NCBI GenBank assembly: GCA_963818475.1
Contig: CAWFSF010000005.1
Location: 704,001 to 768,000, forward strand
DNA from: Nitrospirota bacterium
GTDB taxonomy: Bacteria; Nitrospirota; UBA9217
DNA: 64,000 nucleotides
Reading direction: 5' to 3'
Shown: in pieces, positions 52,143 through 61,586 of the stretch
Position numbering within the stretch: the stretch's first letter is position 1
Layout of the letters: each line of letters opens with the position of its first letter
Notes under the pieces: model-generated
Told to the model about the DNA's origin: nothing
Seen by the model: the letters and a program-made list of their open reading frames with translations, nothing else
Database searches by the model: none
Program-made: the position numbers and the translations under genes

Positions 52143-53147
52143 TGGGAGTGGTGAAATTCGAATATTCCCAAAAGGGCCAGGTCACCAAGGTAGTTGATGC
52201 TCTTGGCAATGCCACGCTCAACCGGCACCCTTGCCACGATAACCGATGCGGGCAACGTAACCATTTCGTATCGGTACGACGCATTGAACAGGCTGACAAC
52301 CATAGACTTCCCGACGGATGTCGATATCACCTATACCTACGATGACTGCTCAAACGGCAAAGGCCGCGTCTGCACCATGAATGATCAGGCGGGAACGACA
52401 GAGTACGAATATGAGAAGCGCGGCCGGATCGTAAAAGAAAAAAAGACGATCCTCGGCGTCCCCTACATAACAAGCTACTCATACGATAAAGCCGGCACGC
52501 TTAAAAGCATTACCCTTCCAAGCGGCCGTCAGGTAACCTATACCTACGACAAGGTCAACCGGCCCGCAGGCGTTACCGCGAAACTCAAAAACACGACGGT
52601 TCTGGCGAGCAGCATGGCCTACGACCCGGCCTCCAATCTCGCATCCATCACCCTGGGCAACGGTCTCACCCAGTCCTATACGTACAACGCGGCTCGAAGG
52701 ATCAGCACGATTGCAGTCCCTGGCGTCATGTCGCTATCATACGGCTATGATCCAATCGGGAACATCACGAACATCACTGATGCGGTCGATCCCGCGAAGT
52801 CAAAAACGTATGCGTATGACTCGCTTGATCGTCTAGCAGGCGCGATGGGGCCATGGGGCACGCTCGCCTGGACCTACGATGCCAACGGCAACCGCCTGGT
52901 TCAGGGGAACGGTGTTCACTACGCTTACACGTATAGCGCAAACCGCCTTGCAACAGTGAGCAACGGCCATATCGATTATTATCAGTACGACAATAACGGC
53001 AATACCACGAATGACGGGCAAAAGGATTTCGTGTATAATCAGAACCAGCGATTGATCAAGGCGGAGCTGGACGGCAAGACCCTCGCGGAATACACGTACA
53101 ACGCCAACGGTCAGCGGGTCATCAAGAAAACGGGACCGGCAACAACG
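52143..53147 (+). pseudogene. Orphan near-identical copy of RHS core segment 47802-48883
   Basis: Matches base for base with few substitutions; lacks 47876-47952; no start, no RHS C-terminus. Confidence 0.92.
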
Positions 53148-53178
53148 TATTGATGTCAGTTCTTTTTCCGTATACGGC

Positions 53179-53955
53179 TTGCAGGTTGTACTCTCAGACC
53201 TCCTCATAAATCCGAAATCGACTACAGGCAAGGAGTTGCTTGATCTAGGTAGTCGAACTGAATCGCCGAAAAGGACGGCAACGTTATCCTTAATCGTTTA
53301 TCAGTTGAGTCATGATTCACCTTTAAAACCATTTCGAGAATATATTCTACAGCTGCTTCGGGATGACAAGGGAAATGCTCTGCCTTATTATCTGAATGCG
53401 CTTTCACAACAGGAGGAGGTAGGAGATTCGGCAGCTCTGTCACAAATTGAAAAAGGCAATACAAAGATTTTTAATAGCTATCCAAAAGAAAGATTCACTG
53501 CAATCGCGAACGCTGCAGAGCGGGCTAAATGCGGCGGGATTCAAGCACGACAGTATGCGTTTTACAATTTGCCACTTACTAGCACTTATATAAAGTTGCG
53601 TCATCTATGCCAAAAACTCTCTGAGAGCTCCGGACAAGAAGCCAAAAATGCATGTTTCGTAATGGGCCAGAATCTGAAGCGTGGAAGCTTATCGTGCATT
53701 GAAAAAGTAAACAGCTTAAGTATCCAAAGTAATTCGCTAGACGATAAACCTTCAAACGCGGCTGCTCGCGCGGAGATCAAGAAAAAAAGAGAGCAAGCAC
53801 TTGCCTGCGGTGAACGACGCAGCGCGGATATATCAGAAAGGGATGTCACAGAAGAAGCTGATAAGCAGTATTACGAGATATTTTTTAAATCGGGCGAGTC
53901 TGCTGCTCAGGACTTTCTGTCAGATTTTGTTAAACAGAAGCACAAAGGAAATTAA
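53179..53955 (+). CDS. Hypothetical helical Cys-containing protein (possibly 5'-truncated)
   Basis: 258-aa ORF, lower GC, directly after the RHS copy. Confidence 0.55.
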   Translation: MQVVLSDLLINPKSTTGKELLDLGSRTESPKRTATLSLIVYQLSHDSPLKPFREYILQLLRDDKGNALPYYLNALSQQEEVGDSAALSQIEKGNTKIFNSYPKERFTAIANAAERAKCGGIQARQYAFYNLPLTSTYIKLRHLCQKLSESSGQEAKNACFVMGQNLKRGSLSCIEKVNSLSIQSNSLDDKPSNAAARAEIKKKREQALACGERRSADISERDVTEEADKQYYEIFFKSGESAAQDFLSDFVKQKHKGN

Positions 53956-53972
53956 GGAGGTAACGTACTACC

Positions 53973-54245
53973 TTACCCCGTCTTCTTCGCCTTCTCACTT
54001 CCTAGGAACGCATCGAGAATCTTCACAATCTGCTTACGCTTCGGCGGCGGGAGCGTTTCTACCTGGCTGAACCGCCGCCAGAGGCGGTCATCATGCGTCC
54101 TGCCGTTGCCCTTCACCTCTTCTAATCCCAACAACTGATCAGCCGTTACCTTGAGCGCCTTCGCCAACACCGGCAGCAGGTGCAATGATGGATACGCGGT
54201 CTCTTTTTCGTAAGAGAGACAGACCCTGTAATGCCCCAAATTCAA
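53973..54245 (-). pseudogene. 5'-truncated XRE-family HTH regulator
   Basis: YEKETAYPSLHLLPVLAKALKVTADQLLG..LPPPKRKQIVKILDAFL; first HTH helices missing. Confidence 0.7.
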
Positions 54246-54377
54246 GGCGCATGATCAGGATCGCCTTTGTGACATTGTCACATACATCTTGTTGTTTTTC
54301 CGGTACAGTAACGCGGTTCTACTAGCTGTTTGGGATGATTCAGACGCATTCATCTTACAAAAACAAGGAGTTTCCTA

Positions 54378-55088
54378 ATGAAGACTTACCGTTTTGTTGT
54401 TCTGTCCCTGTTGTCGGTCCTTTTCCTGTCGCTGCTGACCGCCGGTTGCGCCCGAACCTGGCAGTTCACCCCCATCGAGTCCTACAAAACATCCGAAACC
54501 GTTCCGCCTGCCTCGGCCTGCGCGGCCTGCCATCAGAGCGAATACGACTCCTGGAAAAAAACACGGCATTCGAGCGAGGTCCATATGACGCTGATCACGG
54601 TCCCGGAACTTCGGGAATGCGGGGCATGCCATGACAACATCGCTGCCCACGCCGCCGATGTTGCTGTGAAGCCGGGGACGACGCCGTCCAAACTGAGCAA
54701 GACCGAACAGAACAAGATCTGCGGGAAGTGTCACTACAACCAGGATATCTTCGGCAGCGGCGCGATCAACCCGGACGACAAGCACGCGCTGTTTATGAGC
54801 GTGGGATTTGAGGGGAAAAAACAGCAGATTGCCTGCCTGGATTGTCATTCAGGACATAAGGGCAGATCGGAAATGCTGATCTCCATGAAGGCGAATATCT
54901 GTTTCACCTGCCATAAGGCAGCCATCGTTACCATGGGAATATTTCAGCCCCTGAATTATCTGACTTTCGGCAAGACCTGCCAGGCATGCCATGCCGTGCA
55001 CGGAGGGTCGTCGGGTGCTCAGGCCACCCGTATGGGAGCAGGCGTCTGTGTTGTTTGTCATTTCGTGGGCACCGCTCTGGTCAATTAA
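54378..55088 (+). CDS. Heptaheme cytochrome c lipoprotein
   Basis: Seven CxxCH motifs (CAACH, CGACH, CGKCH, CLDCH, CFTCH, CQACH, CVVCH); lipobox LTAGC; AAGGAG RBS. Confidence 0.9.
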   Translation: MKTYRFVVLSLLSVLFLSLLTAGCARTWQFTPIESYKTSETVPPASACAACHQSEYDSWKKTRHSSEVHMTLITVPELRECGACHDNIAAHAADVAVKPGTTPSKLSKTEQNKICGKCHYNQDIFGSGAINPDDKHALFMSVGFEGKKQQIACLDCHSGHKGRSEMLISMKANICFTCHKAAIVTMGIFQPLNYLTFGKTCQACHAVHGGSSGAQATRMGAGVCVVCHFVGTALVN

Positions 55089-55111
55089 ATCGACTCGATC
55101 CAAAAGACAAC

Positions 55112-55154
55112 AGGGACTAAGGGTCACCCATTAAATAGATGACCCTTAGTCCCT
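55112..55154. terminator. Long hairpin after cytochrome gene
   Basis: agggactaagggtca ... tgacccttagtccct (15-bp arms). Confidence 0.6.
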
Positions 55155-55579
55155 ATGAAGTTCGTGGAATGTTTAAAAAAGCGAGCCGCCCTTTAGACCT
55201 TTGATGACCATCACAATTCCGAACAAGACGGGGATCACGGTGTAGGCAGCAAAGTGGATGGCCATACCCGCTTTTGAGAAGGGGCTAAACTGTTACGTGT
55301 TGTAGTGGTGTCGCCGCAACGAATGCTCAGCCAAATTAAGCTGCCTTTACCGCGCATGCGTTTTTTGTTTCAATTCCTTTTGTTCTTTAATTTTTATTGA
55401 TGCCTTTTCAAACATCTCTGAAATTGCACCCAGTTTTCTGACCTTTACTAGGGTCTCCTCTCTCTGTTTAGGTGTCATCATCCTGAGTACTTGCTCAATT
55501 TCGACCGCGTCTGGTTCCCTAGGTACATGCGGATGACGTCCCTCAACCCGCTTTACATAAACCTCAGGGGGAAGGATAC

Positions 55580-56548
55580 TTACTCAATCGAGCGTAGATT
55601 CGATGGCGCCGATGGGCACGTTCGGCCGTACGGACAACGGTCCAATATCTCCGGGATACCGTCTCCGTCGGTATCAAGCCAGCCGAAAAGAATCGGAGCT
55701 GTAATAAACGGGGCAGGCGAATCGGAAATCCAATCATGTTCCCATCCCCAATAGTGCCCAATCTCATGGTGGTAGGCTGCTCTCGCAATTTGGAAAAAAT
55801 TTGTTGCATTCAAGATCGTTTGCCAATTGCCAAAATTCCCCATGTGGAGGAAATATGGCGCCGGCGAGCCGGGATTGGAGAAGCCGCCTTCAGTGATACT
55901 CGGATTTATATTTAGGACAACGACGAAATCAAAATCCGACGTGTTTAAGTTCTTGGTTTCCTGCCATTTTCCTAAAGCATCACGTACGCTTGCGAGTGAG
56001 TGGGGATCCGAAATATTGCTCCCGGGGATTTGCACATTGGTAAAGATGAACTGGACAATTGGCGCACTATAACCATGACTTGACGCGAAATCCGCATGCT
56101 GTTTATTGATCTTCACTTGTTCGTTTTGTAGGAGCGTGATGCTGTTCGTGTCAATTGTCTGAGGGTAGGTCGCCAATACAGTCAGAACCTTGAACGTGCC
56201 GGCAGGAATCGGTTTTTGAATTGTTTGATATTTCGTTCTGTGCTCATAAGTCTCCTGAAGACTGTTCCCATCACTCGTTAAGTACATGACGAGAAGGCGG
56301 CGCTCGCCGGGGTTTCCAGTCGGGAGATAGGCAGTCGTAGTCAGATGATTTGTGCCTGGAGTGGTAGAACTGTTCACCGGAGGACACGCGGGTTTCGGAA
56401 CCGATTCACCAAACTCGCGTAGAAAAGAACTGCTCACGTTGTCGCAAACCGTAGTGCGGGCGGTTCCTGGGAAAGCAAGCAACACCGCCAGAATCATGAA
56501 CGCCATTCGCAAAAAATGGTCATCGATGCCTGATTTTTTTTTCATCAT
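55580..56548 (-). CDS. Secreted metzincin-type zinc metallopeptidase
   Basis: Signal peptide; HEIGHYWGWEH (HExxHxxGxxH); DTDGDG Ca-binding loop. Confidence 0.75.
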   Translation of the reverse strand: MMKKKSGIDDHFLRMAFMILAVLLAFPGTARTTVCDNVSSSFLREFGESVPKPACPPVNSSTTPGTNHLTTTAYLPTGNPGERRLLVMYLTSDGNSLQETYEHRTKYQTIQKPIPAGTFKVLTVLATYPQTIDTNSITLLQNEQVKINKQHADFASSHGYSAPIVQFIFTNVQIPGSNISDPHSLASVRDALGKWQETKNLNTSDFDFVVVLNINPSITEGGFSNPGSPAPYFLHMGNFGNWQTILNATNFFQIARAAYHHEIGHYWGWEHDWISDSPAPFITAPILFGWLDTDGDGIPEILDRCPYGRTCPSAPSNLRSIE

Positions 56549-56639
56549 TTATCCTTTCATGCTCCACGAAGTAACTCTACAGTCCGTCCCATCTCTTTGA
56601 CAATGTCTTCTGAAAAAAGGTAATTTGGCCTCCGGGGAT

Positions 56640-57764
56640 TCACTGCAGGGGAATTGGGTCAAAATTCCCGTCATAGCAGCCGACACATTTGTTTGTGCCG
56701 CCGTAATTCATTATTTGAGTAATTTGAACATTGGACCCGGTAAAATTTGAAGTTGCCCCAGACACAGCACTTTGATAAAGCAATCCAATAGTACTGTTAT
56801 ATACTCTCGCGCTGCAATTAAGTATGCCGCTGCCATAGTATAATACGTCCACTGCAAAACCGTAGCTCGCGCTTTCCACTACGGAATTTCGAACCGAAAT
56901 ATCGCCACCACCCATAACAATACCGTAACCACTGGACGTAACGGTCACGCCATCCAAGGACGGCGCCCCCCTCATTGCATAAATTCCCATGTGGGCGCTA
57001 AACCCGGAAACGGAAACCGTTACATTCTTGAACCGAGCCGTTGAATTATTGAGAAAAATTGCGTAAGCATTATACCAGTTATCGGTATTAGTCATTCTGA
57101 CATCGACATTCGAGATTGTCGGCTGGCCGCCGCTTACCGATAGCACCATGTTCTGACCTTCTACAGATAGATCTCTCAGTTCCACACTGCCGGCGTTTGA
57201 AATAGCTATGCCGCCAATAATGGTCGTTGCTGTTCTGCCGCTCCCCTCAACGTCGACATGATCAGCCAGACTAAATCCCGTGGTGTAAACACCGGGCATA
57301 ATCTTCATTAAACAGGGATTAGCTGACGATGGGGTTCCGCACCATGCGCCAAGGTTGCTCATCGCCGCTGCAGGGTCGGTATAGTCACCGCCTGTGCTTG
57401 CAACTACGGCCACCTTGCCGTATTTGTGCTGGTAAAGAGCATCGTGGTCATGAGCAACATCCGACTTCACGGCTAATGCAGCTTCGAGGCCGGTCACCTG
57501 AGACTGGCTATGCGTGTGGACTGCGGGCGCCAGATCGGAAGCGTGCATGCCGTCTACAGTGTCGGCATTCAGCCCGGTGGAAGAAATTTTAGCTGCTGAA
57601 ATCGGTCCGCTAATTTTTGCGTCGGTCACAGCTCCATTCGCAATTTTCGTCGTTGTTACCGCTCCATCGGCTATATCATTGGTGTTGACCGTCAATGCAA
57701 AGGACTCCGGAACCAAAAGTAGAAAAGCAGAAACCATGACAAGGCGAATCGTAAGCATCTTCAT
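56640..57764 (-). CDS. Secreted protein with fibre-like repeats and a beta-helix-like domain
   Basis: Signal peptide; IADGAVTTTKIANGAVTDAKI, ADTVDG, HTHSQSQVTGL, GGDY..IMPGVY. Confidence 0.7.
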   Translation of the reverse strand: MKMLTIRLVMVSAFLLLVPESFALTVNTNDIADGAVTTTKIANGAVTDAKISGPISAAKISSTGLNADTVDGMHASDLAPAVHTHSQSQVTGLEAALAVKSDVAHDHDALYQHKYGKVAVVASTGGDYTDPAAAMSNLGAWCGTPSSANPCLMKIMPGVYTTGFSLADHVDVEGSGRTATTIIGGIAISNAGSVELRDLSVEGQNMVLSVSGGQPTISNVDVRMTNTDNWYNAYAIFLNNSTARFKNVTVSVSGFSAHMGIYAMRGAPSLDGVTVTSSGYGIVMGGGDISVRNSVVESASYGFAVDVLYYGSGILNCSARVYNSTIGLLYQSAVSGATSNFTGSNVQITQIMNYGGTNKCVGCYDGNFDPIPLQ

Positions 57765-57826
57765 TGCACTTCCTCCTTTTTGATTTTAATCGGACTCACA
57801 AACACGTTTACGTTGTATGTTGCATG

Positions 57827-57874
57827 ATTGTAGGTGATTTCTTGTCCGCTGTCACCTGTCAGAAGTGACAGGTG
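57827..57874 (-). promoter_or_regulatory. Second lux-box-like operator/sigma70 promoter
   Basis: Minus strand ACCTGTCACTTCTGACAGGT, then GTGACA-17 nt-TACAAT. Confidence 0.65.
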
Positions 57875-57941
57875 CTTTCCCGGCTGGATTGGGCAGGTCC
57901 ATTAAACTTTTGAGGTATAATTTTAACGAAGGAGGAGGGAC

Positions 57942-58222
57942 ATGAGAAAATAATCGTTTTATCAATGATTACATTAGATGGGGTAATGCAAGCACTTGGT
58001 AGGCCTGAGGAAGATACATCAGGCGGTTTCAAATATGGCGGTTGGGTTGCACGTTATTTTGACGAAGTTTATGGTAAGGTCATGGAAAAACAGATGAAAC
58101 CTGCAGACCTTCTTTTGGGCAGAAAAACACTTGAGATTTTTGCCTCCTACTGGTCAGAGCATGAGAATGGATGGCCAGGTATCAATGATGTCACAAAATA
58201 CGTCATGTCCGGGACCCTATAG
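57942..58222 (+). pseudogene. Truncated dihydrofolate reductase/RibD C-terminal family gene
   Basis: MRK (frameshift) ..ITLDGVMQA..EED.SGGFKYGGW..LLLGRKT; stops after about 95 aa. Confidence 0.75.
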
Positions 58223-58236
58223 GTTCCTAAGCCAAC

Positions 58237-58668
58237 ATGGTAAACTCAGTGAAAAGTTTTTTTAAATTATCCACCCTTTTATGCCTCGTTCTGTCGCTTT
58301 CAGGCTGCGCTGCGCTCGGTTTGACCGTCCCCGCAGTAGCAGTAAGCGGCGGCGCGGCCGGCGTAAACTATTCATTCACAAACAACGCCTACAAAACCAT
58401 CAGTTACCCTATTGCCGATGTCGAGGCCGCGCTCAATAAGGCGCTTAAAAAAATGGACATAAAAGAGAAGAAACGCAAGAAAGAGGAAGGTAAAGTCAGC
58501 GTTGCGGGGATCACCAGTACTCTTCATATAGACATCGACCTTAAGAAGGTAACTCCGACCGTGACAAACATCAAAGTGAAAGCTAAAAAGGGGCTCTTCT
58601 TAAAGGACAAAGCCACGGCAACAGAGATCATAGTGCAGACTGAAAAAAACCTTGAAGCAAAGAAGTGA
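58237..58668 (+). CDS. Lipoprotein (DUF3568-like)
   Basis: Lipobox LSGC; Gly/Ala stretch; KDKATATEII. Confidence 0.7.
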   Translation: MVNSVKSFFKLSTLLCLVLSLSGCAALGLTVPAVAVSGGAAGVNYSFTNNAYKTISYPIADVEAALNKALKKMDIKEKKRKKEEGKVSVAGITSTLHIDIDLKKVTPTVTNIKVKAKKGLFLKDKATATEIIVQTEKNLEAKK

Positions 58669-58917
58669 GAGTTGTTCGCGTATTGAGAAATTTCCTCGGC
58701 CTTGTTGCCTTCATAACGCGCCTTTCTTCCAGGGTAGAGTAGAGAGCTGGTCGTATTGATCAGCTCTCCCGTTCCCCGCCTGAATAGAAAATAAGACTAA
58801 TTTATTAGAGTACAATCCTTACATTACACTCACTTGACTAAAATAGTAACAGTGCTAAACTCAAAACAGGCTTATTATTGTCCCTGATATTGGTGTTGGA
58901 AAGAAAGGAGAACAGAC

Positions 58918-59238
58918 ATGGTATACGCGATTGTACATAAATTTAGAGGTGGTACGAAGGAGCAGTACGAGGCATCACTAGCGGCAGTGCATCCAAGAGG
59001 CGGCCTGCCGGAAGGCCAGATTTTTCACACAGCCGGCCCGTCGGTTGATGGCTACTGGACGATCGTGGCGGTCCACGAGTCCAAGGAGAGTTGGGAACGA
59101 TTCCGCGACAACATCCTGATGCCCCGACTGAAAGAGGGTGTCAAAGGCGGCTTCACTACGCCGCCGGAGGAGACGGCTTTTGAGATCTATAACCTGCAGT
59201 CGTTACCTCTACTCGCGAAGGTGGCGAAGGCGGCGTGA
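58918..59238 (+). CDS. Small hypothetical protein, dimeric alpha/beta-barrel (ABM-like)
   Basis: GGTKEQYE, GLPEGQIFH.AGP, ES.E.W.RF; AAGGAG RBS. Confidence 0.65.
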   Translation: MVYAIVHKFRGGTKEQYEASLAAVHPRGGLPEGQIFHTAGPSVDGYWTIVAVHESKESWERFRDNILMPRLKEGVKGGFTTPPEETAFEIYNLQSLPLLAKVAKAA

Positions 59239-59272
59239 CGTTTCCGAAACTTTGGGGGGGTCGCTTCTTTAC

Positions 59273-59400
59273 GGGCTGTTGCCCAAACCCAATTTGTCAC
59301 CCTGAACGTAGTGAAGGGTCTGCTATCATGTTGTTTATGCGAGATTCTTCGCTACGCTCAGAATGACATTATCGTCGTAATGTGATTTGGGCAACAGCCC
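59273..59400. mobile_element. MITE-like element: 15-bp perfect TIRs enclosing a REP-like palindrome
   Basis: gggctgttgcccaaa ... tttgggcaacagccc; internal tgtcaccctgaacgtagtgaagggtct ... agattcttcgctacgctcagaatgaca. Confidence 0.7.
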
Positions 59401-59497
59401 GACCCCTTTGCTCTTTAGCGTGACGGGGGGAATGTCAATTCTAAAGTCCCCAATGATCCCAATGATCCCGGCAAGTCCCTAAGAGGTCCTGGACCAT

Positions 59498-59914
59498 TCA
59501 ACCAACCGCGATATATTTAAAATCGTACACTTCGCGTATAAGCTTAAAGTCTTTTTCGTTTTTCGTGATGAGAACTGCACCCGTGTCTCGAACTGATAGT
59601 GCGATCAAAATGTCCGCCAAGAGTCCTTTAATCCGCGCCCGGTCGATTTTTTTGTCTCTTCGCAGCTTCATCATGATATCACCGCTCAGGAACCATTGAC
59701 GCTCGGTAACTGATATGACAGTGAAATTCCGTATTATCTGGTCAATAAGTTTCTGTTCCTTCGGATCAAAAGCGCCGGCAAGAAGTTCCATGAGTACAAC
59801 AGAACTGAATGCAATATGATAGTAGCGGGTAAGATTCAGAAAGGCTTCTTGAACTGTTCCCTTTCTGAAATGCTCAATGAGGAAGGACGTATCGGGAATA
59901 GCCTTCGGTTTCAA
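59498..59914 (-). CDS. vapC: PIN-domain toxin
   Basis: DTSFLI, VVLMELL, DILIA, LITKNEKDF. Confidence 0.85.
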   Translation of the reverse strand: MKPKAIPDTSFLIEHFRKGTVQEAFLNLTRYYHIAFSSVVLMELLAGAFDPKEQKLIDQIIRNFTVISVTERQWFLSGDIMMKLRRDKKIDRARIKGLLADILIALSVRDTGAVLITKNEKDFKLIREVYDFKYIAVG

Positions 59915-60108
59915 TTAAGGCCCTCAAACTTGAACTTACCTGCTGTCTGCTCAATAAACTTCCTCATCTTTTCCTGGTAAATAACCTCGGCAAGCGCTGT
60001 TTCTATTGCCTCGGTCTCCGTATTGGCACCAAGTATCTTCTGGGCGCTTTTGATCATTGTTGCATCCAGCCTGAAATGCTTGGCGGTCTTTTTCGTTACT
60101 GTCTGCAT
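59911..60108 (-). CDS. vapB: Antitoxin (RHH-like), overlapping vapC start
   Basis: 65 aa; LD..I..AQKILGA.TETEAIE.AL; 4-nt overlap with toxin gene. Confidence 0.75.
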   Translation of the reverse strand: MQTVTKKTAKHFRLDATMIKSAQKILGANTETEAIETALAEVIYQEKMRKFIEQTAGKFKFEGLN

Positions 60109-60320
60109 GGGAACCTCCTTTCAACCTATGTATACATTATACTTAACTGTGGCCACATGTCAAGAAAAACCAGATGACAGCGCCGCAAAGGAATGGCAAG
60201 TGAGGAACAACGGAAATGGTCGAATGCCAAAATAAAAGACGTGACCCTATGATTCCTTGAGGAAGTTATAGCGATCCTGATCGTCCTTGTCTATTCATCG
60301 CCCAACGCTTTCCACTCCTT

Positions 60321-60644
60321 CTATAACAACCTACAGAGCCCGTCAATTACGTGCTTTTGAATGCCGTCCGCAAGACGTTGCGCACTGGCTTTAGCCGCAA
60401 CATCCAGCTTAAGGGTCTCCAGTTCCGTGAGAATATCCATATTCGACACAAGCCTTTTAAAACCTGCGGGTGTCACCTCGCCTGCTGCAAGCATGACGGT
60501 CCAGTGTTCAACATTTACCGCCTGCAATCTCACAAATTCAGACTCATCCTTCTTGGCTGAAAGGATAAGTTCCTTAAACTCATCCTTGGCAAGCGTCGAG
60601 GTCTTATCCTCGAAAGCATCGATGTAATCCGTGAACTTGCTCAT
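60321..60644 (-). CDS. Hypothetical helical protein
   Basis: 107-aa ORF preceded by a 5'-truncated ORF fragment (60656-60750). Confidence 0.55.
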   Translation of the reverse strand: MSKFTDYIDAFEDKTSTLAKDEFKELILSAKKDESEFVRLQAVNVEHWTVMLAAGEVTPAGFKRLVSNMDILTELETLKLDVAAKASAQRLADGIQKHVIDGLCRLL

Positions 60645-60848
60645 GCAGACGCCTGTTATTTATCTCTGTTCTTCAAGTTTTCGGTCGCTATGGCAATATC
60701 GAAGGCTTTATTAAGCAACGCTGCCTGTGCGATTTGCGACATTGCCTTCAATGACTAATAGCTGAATGCAACAAAAGAGACCTGACCCTATGCCCTTTAA
60801 AGACCCTATGCCCTTTAAATGAGTGGCCCTATGATGTTCGAGCCCTGA

Positions 60849-61586
60849 CTATCCACCAGCCAAAATTCTCTTTCGGAGTTCAGCCTGACCACGAACGTAC
60901 TTATCGATCAGCTGACGTTCCCAAGTGGAATAATCTCTTCGCTGAACGTCAGTCCGGCGTTGCTCAATATGGCGAAGGTGGTCGTCGAAATCACGTTCGT
61001 ACGTTGGTTTAGAGACCACAATATCATGAATGCAAGCGCACAGCGATTCAATCATCGCGGCTTTAAACTTCAGGGTCAGAAGGTTTTCCTTCCGCAACAG
61101 CTTCATCTGGGCCTCGGCAACGTCATTAAGAGCATCATTCAGCGGGTAAGCCCACTGGCCATGCGCGAGCTTGTTGCGGAGAGTGATAATGGAGCTAAGG
61201 TCATCATCGAGAATAGAACGAAGCTTCTGTAGGCGCTCGGCGGCAGTAACAGGAAGAGCCGGGGGCTTCAGGCGCGCCCGAGGGATGCCGTAGTGCCGAC
61301 GGTATGCTGCCTCAAGTACTGCCTTCCACCGCTCCAGGGCCTTCTTGTTTAGGACTACTTTTCGTTCAGCGTCAGTAAAGGCGTTAGGTTCGTATAAGAG
61401 CTTGAGTAATCTACACTCCGACCAAGCACCCAGTAAGAAAGCGTAGAGTCTCAAATGTGTCGATACGCTAGCCGTGCGTTTACGGGCGATCGCAGATCGC
61501 GCTAGTATAAGAACATCGTCCAACCCCGCACCAACAGTACGGAGATTTTCTGCATGGAACTGATATAACTTCTCTGGCGGCTTCAC
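60849..61586 (-). CDS. HEPN-like domain protein
   Basis: GTG start after GGAGG; W.E.RL helix and RNKLAH (Rx4H) motif. Confidence 0.6.
   Translation of the reverse strand: MKPPEKLYQFHAENLRTVGAGLDDVLILARSAIARKRTASVSTHLRLYAFLLGAWSECRLLKLLYEPNAFTDAERKVVLNKKALERWKAVLEAAYRRHYGIPRARLKPPALPVTAAERLQKLRSILDDDLSSIITLRNKLAHGQWAYPLNDALNDVAEAQMKLLRKENLLTLKFKAAMIESLCACIHDIVVSKPTYERDFDDHLRHIEQRRTDVQRRDYSTWERQLIDKYVRGQAELRKRILAGG

Noticed and set aside
44643-57874. The twin inverted sequences as transposon ends of a 13-kb element
   Set aside because: No target-site duplication or transposase seen; the -35/-10 geometry fits promoters better. Not fully excluded.
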